Below, piece by piece: positions 54,442-62,903 of a stretch of 64,000 nucleotides of DNA. Under the pieces are notes generated by a model that worked only from the letters and a program-made list of their open reading frames with translations, did no database searches and was not told the DNA's origin. The position numbers and the translations under genes were made by a program. Location of the stretch: contig HF989926.1 in assembly GCA_000432255.1 (NCBI GenBank), positions 65 through 64,064 of the forward strand, given 5' to 3'. Every line of letters starts with the position of its first letter. Within the stretch, counting starts at the first letter, position 1. This DNA is from Acholeplasma sp. CAG:878. Its GTDB lineage: Bacteria > Bacillota_I > Bacilli_A > RF39 > UBA660.

Positions 54442-54537
54442 CGAGCAACAGCTCGTGAAAAAAGACCATTTTGTCGAAATGGTAACACACTACGCTATTG
54501 GCAAAGCCAATAACGGTGTGAAAAAGGGGAATTCCCT
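54442..54537 (+). other. Cluster of inverted repeats and palindromes downstream of mob: candidate oriT / structured origin
   Basis: Hairpins ACGAGC-aaca-GCTCGT (54442-54457) and ACCATTT-tgtcg-AAATGGT (54466-54484). A nested palindrome ACACAC...ATTGGC-aaa-GCCAAT...GTGTG spans 54486-54521, and GGGAATTCCC is at 54528-54537. Confidence 0.4.
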
Positions 54538-54685
54538 TTTTAATCCCTTTTAATCATAATTTTAGCAAGGCATATAAAGCCAAGCAAAATTATGTTTTTA
54601 TTTTCAAAACTTCGTAATGAAAATAAAGAAAAGTTCTAATGAAATAACAATTATTAGAACTTTTTAAACATATTCAAAAAACAAA

Positions 54686-55180
54686 TTATCGTCTTGGGCT
54701 ACGATTATTTCCTTTTGCATTTTCTATATCAGCATCAATTGAACGAAGTTGTTCTTGTAATTTTGCCATTTGAGCCATTACTCTTTCTCTCTCTTGAATT
54801 TTTCTTGTTATAAATTGATCTGATAACTTAGTTTGTAATTCATCAAATGATTTAAAAAAGTCTTCTTTAGTTAATATACCATATCTATCACAAACAAAAA
54901 GTTGCAATTTAGCATTATCCATAACAGTAGGTTTAGTTTTAAGAACTGGAGCAAAAGGATTTTTTTCTAACCCTTTTCCCAAATAATTCCAACCTTCATG
55001 TTTAACTTCTGATAAGCCACCACCTATACCATCCATTTCTTCCATTGTTGTATAAGTACCATATACAATGTTATTATTAACTTCTTCTCTTAGACCGTTT
55101 TTTTCTAAAAAATCCCTTAAAAGATATCCTCTTAATTCAGCATCAATAGTTATTATTGAATTATTTTGAAAATTACTCAC
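54686..55180 (-). CDS. Hypothetical protein (164 aa), island cargo
   Basis: A strong RBS (AAGGAGGTG) on the minus strand. No recognisable motif. It forms a two-gene unit with 55249-55485. Confidence 0.5.
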   Translation of the reverse strand: MSNFQNNSIITIDAELRGYLLRDFLEKNGLREEVNNNIVYGTYTTMEEMDGIGGGLSEVKHEGWNYLGKGLEKNPFAPVLKTKPTVMDNAKLQLFVCDRYGILTKEDFFKSFDELQTKLSDQFITRKIQERERVMAQMAKLQEQLRSIDADIENAKGNNRSPRR

Positions 55181-55248
55181 ATTAACACCTCCTTGTTAAT
55201 ATAATTATAGCATATAAATAACACATTTTGGTTAATAATTAATATTAT

Positions 55249-55485
55249 TTATCTTCTTTTAAACATTTGATTTTCACAGCCTATTTTTAAAACACTTCTT
55301 AATTCCCATATTTTTTCATCAATACCAGGAAATCTATCATCAATGGCTCTTTGTTCTAATAATTCCAAATTACTAGATAGTAATGAATCCAATTGGTGCA
55401 TTTCTTCTTCTTCATTAGGGGTTAAATCACCAAAATAATGATGTCGATCTTTTAATTCTTTAAGGCGTTTAATGTCGTCATTCAT
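55249..55485 (-). CDS. Hypothetical small acidic protein (78 aa), island cargo
   Basis: RBS AAGGAGG. No recognisable motif. Confidence 0.45.
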   Translation of the reverse strand: MNDDIKRLKELKDRHHYFGDLTPNEEEEMHQLDSLLSSNLELLEQRAIDDRFPGIDEKIWELRSVLKIGCENQMFKRR

Positions 55486-55679
55486 AAATAACCTCCTTGT
55501 TATTAATTATTATACCATATTTTTGCATAAATTAAAAATTTTGATTAAAGGAATTGGCAACTTTATTATTAAAAAAATAAAAATTGTGATATAATTATAT
55601 TAGTTAGTAGTTATTACTACCTATAAATTTATGCCTAGTGGTTGTTATACTTCCACCAAAAGGGCACCAATTATAAAGT

Positions 55680-55707
55680 AAAAAGCCTTATAAATAAAGG
55701 CTTTTTT
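55680..55707. terminator. Perfect bidirectional hairpin terminator
   Basis: AAAAAGCCTT-ataaata-AAGGCTTTTT. Confidence 0.7.
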
Positions 55708-56244
55708 GATATATTATATTAAAAAACTCCTAAAAAAACTCTCAAAAGTTTTCGGATTTAACTATGTTAATCATGTTTTCGGCAATATTTTTCTTTTATC
55801 GTTCGATAAATGATAGTAATGCAATTATTTAGAATAATTTACATAGATAAAATAAAAAACAGTGCTTTCTATTTTATCAAAGTCTTATGTAGGTTTAATG
55901 CTTTATGCATTATTACGAAATGAAGTGCAATTATACATGGAAGAATTATCAGATTCACTACATTTAAGTAATGATAAAAATAAATCAAAAAAAGCAAGCA
56001 GAAGTGCAAAGAATACTGAAACATGAATTACTTCTCTATTTAATAACGCCATACAAAATCAATGGGCATTATCAAAAGCTGATAAACATAATTTAAGAAA
56101 ACATGATGCTCTAGAAGTTATACAAAACGAATTTGGTAGTAAAGATGATGATTTAGAACGATAATTTTATGATAAAATTATATTAGATGAGAAAAATTAA
56201 TAAATTAGTCAGACACGATTAACTAATTCAGAAAGGAAAAACTT

Positions 56245-57017
56245 ATGAAAAATAGTGTAATTCAATCAGAAATGGATGTTAGAGGTAGTAAAATTAATGT
56301 AGTTAGAGTTGATGGATACGAATTATATATCATTAACAGATTTAGCAAAAACGCAAAATGATGAAGCACCAGCAGATGTAGTTAAAAATTGGCTAAGAAA
56401 TAAAGAAACAATTTCTTTTCTAGGTGTATGGGAAGAATTAAATAACGAAAATTTTAAAGTGGTCGAATTCGACCAGTTTAAAAATGAAGCAGGAAGACAC
56501 GCATTTACTATGTCCCCTTAAAAATGGATTAGAGAAACAAATGCTATTGGTATTATTTCTAAATCTGGAAAATATGGTGGTGGAACTTTTGCTAGAAGTG
56601 ATATCGCTTTTGAGTTTATTGTGTTTGATGATAATACAATAGATTGTCCTACTTTAGGCTTACAAGATTATAATTATATTGAACTGAAACCAAGATTTGA
56701 ATTACACGGACATAAAGTAGATGAAGAAGGTAATTTTTATGATTTTAAAAGTTATGCTTATGATGTTAAGCCAAAAAAAAAAATATAAAAATCCATTAGA
56801 ATTAATTGGTAATTATGATATAGATGAAGAATTATTTGATTATTTAAAACAAAATGGAATGATTAGATATAGTAATGATATGGTTTATCTTTATGGATTT
56901 ATTGATACAAAAGGTTATGATAGTAATCCAAGACATTATGGTGTAGGTAGTCCTTATAAATGGGCAAAGAAAAAAGGACCTATATTAGTAAAGCAAAGAA
57001 AAGGACAATTAAATTAG
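56245..57017 (+). pseudogene. Decayed KilA-N-domain (phage antirepressor-like) gene
   Basis: The KilA-N-like sequence ...ISLTDLAKTQN...NWLRNKETISFLGVWEELNN...KWIRETNAIGIISKSGKYGGGTFARSDIAFEF... is broken three times: a frameshift in a TA-repeat near 56323-56330, an in-frame TAA at 56519-56521, and a frameshift in an A11 run at 56773-56783. Confidence 0.6.
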
Positions 57018-57022
57018 AATAA

Positions 57023-57059
57023 AGCACAATAACTTAATATAAAAAGTATTGTGCTTTTT
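57023..57059 (+). terminator. Rho-independent terminator
   Basis: AGCACAATA-(15 nt)-TATTGTGCT hairpin followed by TTTT. Confidence 0.65.
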
Positions 57060-57114
57060 ATATTGTTTATAAGAAAATAGAAAAATATGATATAATTAAA
57101 TCGAAAGATAGGAA

Positions 57115-58104
57115 GTGATTGAATTGAATATTATTGAAGTAAAAAATCTTTCAAAAGATTATAAATATAAAGTTAGAAATGAAGAAAAAGGTTTTTTATA
57201 TAATTTATTTAATGAACAAGAAAAAGTTGTAAAAGCCGTTAATAATATTTCCTTTAATGTTGAAGAAGGAGAAACAGTTGCATTTATTGGACCAAATGGT
57301 GCTGGTAAATCAACTACTATAAAAATGTTAACAGGTATTTTATACCCAACAAAAGGTGATATCAAAATATGCGGTTTAACTCCAATTAAAGATAGAAATA
57401 AACTTGCTTTTAAGATTGGTACTGTATTTGGACAAAGAAGTCAATTATTACCAAATTTACCATTAACAGAAAGTATGGAAATGTTTGGTGCAATGTATGA
57501 TATGGATAAAGTTGCAATAAAGAAAAGAATAAACGAATTATCAGAATTATTTGATTTGAAAGAATTTATTAAGCAACCAGTTAGAAAACTTTCTTTAGGT
57601 CAAAGAATGCGAGCTGAAATTGCAACATCTTTAATACATAGCCCTAAAATTATATTTTTGGATGAGCCAACTATTGGACTTGATGTTGTTTCTAAAAAAA
57701 GTTTAAGGGATTTATTATTAAAGATTAATAAAGAAGAAAAAGTTACAATTTTTTTAACAAGTCATGATACTGAAGATATTCAAAGTATTTGTGATAGATG
57801 TGTAATCATAAATCACGGAAAAATAATTATTGATACTTCGACAAAACAATTAATAAGTGATTATGTTAAAAATAAAAATATAATTATAACTCCAAATGTA
57901 GAGTTTATAGAATTTCCAAAATTATCAGCTGGTATGACATATATTAAAAAAAGTAAGAATCAAGTAACAGTTTTAGTTGATACTGAAAAAATACATACTC
58001 AAAAAGCCTTACAAGAATTAATTAAAGTTTTTGATATTGATGATGTTAATATAGATAATGAATCACTTGAAAATATTATAAGGAGTATTTATGAAAAAAA
58101 TTAA
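57115..58104 (+). CDS. ABC transporter ATP-binding protein (ABC-2 subfamily) with C-terminal extension
   Basis: Walker A GPNGAGKSTT, signature LSLGQRMR and Walker B IIFLDEPT. The start is uncertain (GTG 57115 or TTG 57124). Confidence 0.85.
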   Translation: MIELNIIEVKNLSKDYKYKVRNEEKGFLYNLFNEQEKVVKAVNNISFNVEEGETVAFIGPNGAGKSTTIKMLTGILYPTKGDIKICGLTPIKDRNKLAFKIGTVFGQRSQLLPNLPLTESMEMFGAMYDMDKVAIKKRINELSELFDLKEFIKQPVRKLSLGQRMRAEIATSLIHSPKIIFLDEPTIGLDVVSKKSLRDLLLKINKEEKVTIFLTSHDTEDIQSICDRCVIINHGKIIIDTSTKQLISDYVKNKNIIITPNVEFIEFPKLSAGMTYIKKSKNQVTVLVDTEKIHTQKALQELIKVFDIDDVNIDNESLENIIRSIYEKN

Positions 58105-58888
58105 GTTTGCTTTTACTGTCATAAAAATATTCATGAAAAATCAAATGCAAGATAGAACAAACTTAATATTAGATGTTTTCAATATGGTATCAAGGTGCTT
58201 GATTGTATTCTTATTATATGCTTATATATTTAAGTTGCAAGGTGGAAGTATTAATGGAGTAGATTACAAAACAACAATGTGGAGTATGTTTATTTATTTT
58301 TGCATTATGATTTTAAATATTAGAAGATTAGATAATGTTATAATGACAGAAGTTAAAAGTGGGAATGTTGAAATGTTTATGAATAAACCTACTAATTATT
58401 TAACAATTAGTTTTATGAAAGTAATTGGTCAAGGTATATTTTCATTCTTATTCATAAGTATTTTAGGAGCTATAATTATGGCGTTATTTGTAGGTATTCC
58501 TAACTTAAATTTATCAGTTTTTATACCTACATTTATAATTACATTATTTTTAGGTCAAATATTAGGTTTATTAATATATGGAATAATAGGGCTTATGGCA
58601 TTTTTTATACAGGATATACGACCAATACATTGGATAGTAGATAAATTTGTAATGATACTTGGTGGAAGTTATTTACCAATATCAATGTTTCCAAATTTTA
58701 TGAAAATAATTGCTTATGTAAGTCCATTTGGTGCAATTAATTTTGCTTCAAGTACCGTGTATGATTCTTGGAATAATGAGTTTATTATGAGAATTGCATT
58801 ACAATTGTTATGGATAGGTATTTTTGGTATATTAATGCACTATGTATATGAAAAATCAAAAGAAAAGGCAATGATAAATGGAGGTTAA
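58091..58888 (+). CDS. ABC-2 family transporter permease
   Basis: Six-TM permease, translationally coupled to the ATPase gene. Confidence 0.7.
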   Translation: MKKIKFAFTVIKIFMKNQMQDRTNLILDVFNMVSRCLIVFLLYAYIFKLQGGSINGVDYKTTMWSMFIYFCIMILNIRRLDNVIMTEVKSGNVEMFMNKPTNYLTISFMKVIGQGIFSFLFISILGAIIMALFVGIPNLNLSVFIPTFIITLFLGQILGLLIYGIIGLMAFFIQDIRPIHWIVDKFVMILGGSYLPISMFPNFMKIIAYVSPFGAINFASSTVYDSWNNEFIMRIALQLLWIGIFGILMHYVYEKSKEKAMINGG

Positions 58889-58890
58889 TT

Positions 58891-59682
58891 ATGGGAAGTG
58901 TTAAATTAGCTTTATTGAATATAAAGAAAAACTTTAGAAACGAAAAAGAATTGAAAAGTTCCTTCATTATTTCAGTTGTAGGTATGGCAATAAATAATAT
59001 AGCATTCCTAATATTATGGTATTATTTTGGTAAAACAATAGGAGAATTAAATGGATGGAAACCAATGGACATTTTTGGTTTATATGGTTTTGGGACTATT
59101 TCTTATGGTATTGTTGCATCATTGTTCTCTGGAATGTTTGATATCCCAAATTATATAAGTAGCGGTAATTTTGACAAGTATTTATTAACACCAAAGAATA
59201 TACTTTTAAAAGTATCAACATCTAAAATATCAACAAGTGCTTTTGGCGATTTATTATTCGGGGTTGTTTGCTTTATTATATTTGCTTTTTGGAGTAAATT
59301 AACATTAATTCAATTATTATTATCAATTTTATTAATAATAATTGCTTCTATAATTTTTTATTCATTTTCATTAATATGTATGAGTATATCATTTTATTTA
59401 ATGGATGGTCATAATGTTTCACAAGGTTTATATGGAATGTTTTTAAGTAACTCTTTATATCATGGTGGAGCATTTACAGGATTATTAAGGGTAATATTTA
59501 CATTTGTAATGCCATCTTTATTGTTAGGAGCAATACCAGTTGAGATAGTAAAGAATTTATCAATTTCTAATCTGATTATGATAATATTATTAACTATATT
59601 TTGGTTTATATTATCAATTATGTTCTTTTATAAATCATTGAAGAAATATGAAAGTAACAATTTGTTTGGATTTGGAAGTTAA
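58891..59682 (+). CDS. ABC-2 family transporter permease (second subunit)
   Basis: Six-TM permease. Start is 3 nt after the previous stop. Confidence 0.7.
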   Translation: MGSVKLALLNIKKNFRNEKELKSSFIISVVGMAINNIAFLILWYYFGKTIGELNGWKPMDIFGLYGFGTISYGIVASLFSGMFDIPNYISSGNFDKYLLTPKNILLKVSTSKISTSAFGDLLFGVVCFIIFAFWSKLTLIQLLLSILLIIIASIIFYSFSLICMSISFYLMDGHNVSQGLYGMFLSNSLYHGGAFTGLLRVIFTFVMPSLLLGAIPVEIVKNLSISNLIMIILLTIFWFILSIMFFYKSLKKYESNNLFGFGS

Positions 59683-59770
59683 ACAAAGTAGCATAAAAAT
59701 TATTGCTACTTTTTCTATTCTTTGCTAAAATATTATTAGAAATTGATATAAAACTATAAATATTTCTAAT

Positions 59771-59838
59771 TTGTGAGTCAAAGTTTGAAATAACTTAACC
59801 ACTCGCACCAGATTGATTGATAGTTCGAACTTTTCGGA
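59771..59838 (+). repeat. Degenerate direct repeat of the tRNA-Leu 3' end and flank (attR-like)
   Basis: Shares TTGTGAG, CCAC..GCACCAGATTGAT and TCGAACTTTT with 50731-50790. Confidence 0.6.
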
Positions 59839-59973
59839 TTTATATACTAAATGCACTATAACTGTGCAAAAAATGTCTAAAAAACGTAGAAATGCACAAT
59901 ATTTTTAATATATTATGCATTTTTGTTTGCTTTTGCTATGAAATATGATAAAATTTCATTGCGGTGAAATAAT

Positions 59974-60660
59974 ATGAAACCATTTGAAGTAGATAAATTA
60001 CCAATTCAATATACAATTGATAAAGAATTAATAGTTTAATTTCAGAAGCTAATTTAAAATATGGAGAATACAAGTCAAATTTAAAAAATAGCTAGTTTGA
60101 TTCAAGATTTTTTTTAGATTCTATTATTTTAAGTGAAAGCTTAAAGTCAACACAAATTGAAGGAACACAAATATCTCAGAATGATATGTATTATTTAAAA
60201 TATATGCCTAAAACAGATGATAATTTAGAAATACAAAATTTAAAAAAAGTTATTGAATATTCTAAAAATTATTTAAAGGAAAATAATAAAAAAGATATTA
60301 AATTTTTAAATAATATTCATAAAATATTACTTGATAGTGTTAGAGGTAATGAAAAAAAACTAGGCAAAATTAGAAATATACAAAATTGGATAGGACCTAA
60401 AGGATGCACTATGGAGGAAGCTATTTTTATTCCACCAGTACCAGAAGATGTTCCTATTCTATTAGAAAATTTATTTGAATATATGAATAATGCATATATT
60501 GATTCCATATTTATAAATCTAGCAATTTCTCATTCCTAATTTGAAACTATACATGCATATAGAGATGAGAATGAACCTTTAGGATAGCAAAAGACATACC
60601 TTCAAAAATACTTACAAAATAAGGGTTTTACTGATTTTGGTAAATCTTTTTTTTAAAATA
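59974..60660 (+). pseudogene. Decayed Fic/Doc-family gene
   Basis: The N-terminus has the Fic-like ...ESLKSTQIEGTQIS. The core motif region reads ...NWIGPKGCTMEEAIFIPP...LAISHS-TAA-FETIHAYRDENEPLG, versus the consensus HxFx(D/E)GNGRxxR. There is an in-frame TAA at 60537-60539 and several frameshifts. Confidence 0.6.
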
Positions 60661-60825
60661 AATTTTCAATTTTATTTAATGTTTTAAAATCGCTTTTTAT
60701 ATAATAATATACTTTAAGAATTACATATTGTCTTCTACCTTAATCTTACAATTATGGTTATATTATATGTTTTCCGAAAACAATAATGTTTTTGCCGATT
60801 TCGGTAGAAAAATTTGCTGGATTAA

Positions 60826-60854
60826 TTGACAAAAATCAAAAAAAATAATATAAT
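60826..60854 (+). promoter_or_regulatory. Consensus sigma-A promoter TTGACA-17-TATAAT
   Basis: TTGACA at 60826-60831, an exact 17-nt spacer, then TATAAT at 60849-60854. Confidence 0.7.
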
Positions 60855-60871
60855 TACATGGGCTGTCTACA

Positions 60872-60946
60872 TTTTTAAGCAAAAAATAAAAGATATGGCT
60901 GATATTATAAATAAAGCTTTGTCATATCTTTTTTTAAGCAAAAAAT
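60872..60946 (+). promoter_or_regulatory. 5'-leader element: 10-bp perfect hairpin + U7 flanked by 16-nt direct repeats, with a 26-codon leader ORF whose stop overlaps the permease start
   Basis: Hairpin AAAAGATATG (60888-60897) / CATATCTTTT (60923-60932), followed by TTTTTTT. Direct repeats TTTTTAAGCAAAAAAT at 60872-60887 and 60930-60945. The leader ORF starts at 60895 (MADIINKALSYLFLSKKSEDRRLIKC) and ends in ATGCTAA at 60969. Confidence 0.5.
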
Positions 60947-60968
60947 CTGAAGATAGGAGGTTGATAAA

Positions 60969-62246
60969 ATGCTAAAAAATGCTATAGCATATATTTTAAG
61001 AAAAAGAAATAGAACAATTATAGTATTTATTATTTTAACAGTAGTTCTCTCTTGTTTGTATTCATGTTTGAATATAACAAAATCAACAAATAATTTAGAA
61101 AAAAACTTATACAAGATTTCAAATACATCATTATCAATAATTAAAAATAATGGTGATACTTTTGAAACTAATCAGTTTAAAGAATTAGATAATATAAAAG
61201 AAATAAAAGAAATTATAACTACATATGATGGACTTGCTAGAACTACAAACATCAAAGTTGTAGATGGAACTCAATTAGTAGAACGAGATGATTTATCAGA
61301 TGAGGCACAAAATATGCTTTCAGTAGAAGCTACTAATAATAGTGAAAAGAATAATTTATTTAATAGTGGTATTTTCACTATTATAAAAGGCAGACATATT
61401 AATAATAATGATAGAGGAAAAATTCTTATTCATAAGGAACTTGCTGAAAAAAATAACCTAAAACTTAATGATAAAATCAAACTTGAATTAATTGATTTTA
61501 ATAATAGTGAAAAGAAATTAGAATATGAATTTGAGATAATTGGAATCTTTTCAGGTAAAAAACAAGAAAAATATACTGGCTTATCATCAGACTTTAGTGA
61601 AAATATGGTATTTATTGATTATGAATCAAGTCAAAAAGCATTAAATAAACCTGAAAATAACAAGATTGTTAATAAACTTGCAATATTTTCAGACAGTTCA
61701 GGAAATACAAAGGTTGCACTAAATAAAATTAAAAAAATTAAAATTGATTGGTCACAATATAGTGTTTCAAGTGATAACCATGTATTTGAAGAAACACTAG
61801 AGTCTATAGATGGGATAAAACATATTATTAAGATCATGACATATTCAATTATGATAGGTGGAATAACAGTATTGTCATTAATATTAATATTATGGTTAAG
61901 AGAAAGAATACATGAAATAGGAATATTATTATCAATTGGTATAAGTAAAATAAAAATTGTAACTCAATTTATACTAGAACTACTATTTATATCACTACCC
62001 TCTTTAGTATTATCATTGTTTATAGGAAATGTAATATTAAATATTATAGTCGGTGGATTTATGAATTCTGATGATTCAACAATAACAGTTGATAGCTTAC
62101 TTAAAAACAATAATTTAATTTCAAATTTTATAACATTTTTACAAAGTTACGGAATATTAATTGGAATTATTGTTCTATCAGTTATTATTGCAAGTTTAAT
62201 GATATTAATAAAAAAACCAAAAGAAATATTGTCAAAAATAAGTTAG
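60969..62246 (+). CDS. FtsX-family ABC transporter permease (MacB/DevC/SalY-like, 425 aa)
   Basis: An N-terminal TM helix, a large extracytoplasmic domain, then three C-terminal TM helices. RBS AGGAGG lies upstream. Confidence 0.75.
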   Translation: MLKNAIAYILRKRNRTIIVFIILTVVLSCLYSCLNITKSTNNLEKNLYKISNTSLSIIKNNGDTFETNQFKELDNIKEIKEIITTYDGLARTTNIKVVDGTQLVERDDLSDEAQNMLSVEATNNSEKNNLFNSGIFTIIKGRHINNNDRGKILIHKELAEKNNLKLNDKIKLELIDFNNSEKKLEYEFEIIGIFSGKKQEKYTGLSSDFSENMVFIDYESSQKALNKPENNKIVNKLAIFSDSSGNTKVALNKIKKIKIDWSQYSVSSDNHVFEETLESIDGIKHIIKIMTYSIMIGGITVLSLILILWLRERIHEIGILLSIGISKIKIVTQFILELLFISLPSLVLSLFIGNVILNIIVGGFMNSDDSTITVDSLLKNNNLISNFITFLQSYGILIGIIVLSVIIASLMILIKKPKEILSKIS

Positions 62247-62256
62247 GAGATTAAAA

Positions 62257-62892
62257 ATGGATATATTAGAAATAAAAAATGTAACATATAATTATTTAAA
62301 TTCAAGTGAGTTAGTATTATCTTCAGTAAATCAAAAATTTGAAATTGGAAAATTCTATGCAATAATAGGAAAATCAGGGGCAGGAAAGTCAACATTACTT
62401 TCACTATTAGCAGGTTTAGATAAACCACAAAAAGGTCAAATCTTATTTAAAGAAAATGATATAGAGAAAGATGGCTATAGTAATCATAGAAAAAATAACA
62501 TATCGTTAGTTTTTCAAAACTATAATTTAATTGATTATTTAACGCCTTTAGAAAATGTCAGATTAGTAAATAAAAATGCATCTGAAACAATCTTATTTGA
62601 ATTAGGGCTTGATAAAAGTCAAATAAATAGAAATGTAATGAGGTTATCAGGAGGACAACAACAAAGAGTGGCTATTGCAAGAGCATTAGTTTCAGAAGCC
62701 CCAATAATTTTAGCAGATGAACCTACTGGAAACTTAGATGTTGATACTGCTGGTGAAATAATTGAAATACTTAAAAAGTTAGCAAAAGAAAGAAATAAGT
62801 GTGTAATCGTGGTAACACACAGTAAAGAAGTTGCAAATTCTGCTGACATTATTTTAGAATTAAGAGAAAGAAAACTTAAAAAAATAAATTAG
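62257..62892 (+). CDS. ABC transporter ATP-binding protein (MacB/LolD-like)
   Basis: Walker A GKSGAGKSTLL, signature LSGGQQQRV and Walker B ILADEPTGNLD. Confidence 0.9.
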   Translation: MDILEIKNVTYNYLNSSELVLSSVNQKFEIGKFYAIIGKSGAGKSTLLSLLAGLDKPQKGQILFKENDIEKDGYSNHRKNNISLVFQNYNLIDYLTPLENVRLVNKNASETILFELGLDKSQINRNVMRLSGGQQQRVAIARALVSEAPIILADEPTGNLDVDTAGEIIEILKKLAKERNKCVIVVTHSKEVANSADIILELRERKLKKIN

Positions 62893-62903
62893 GAGGTACA
62901 ATA

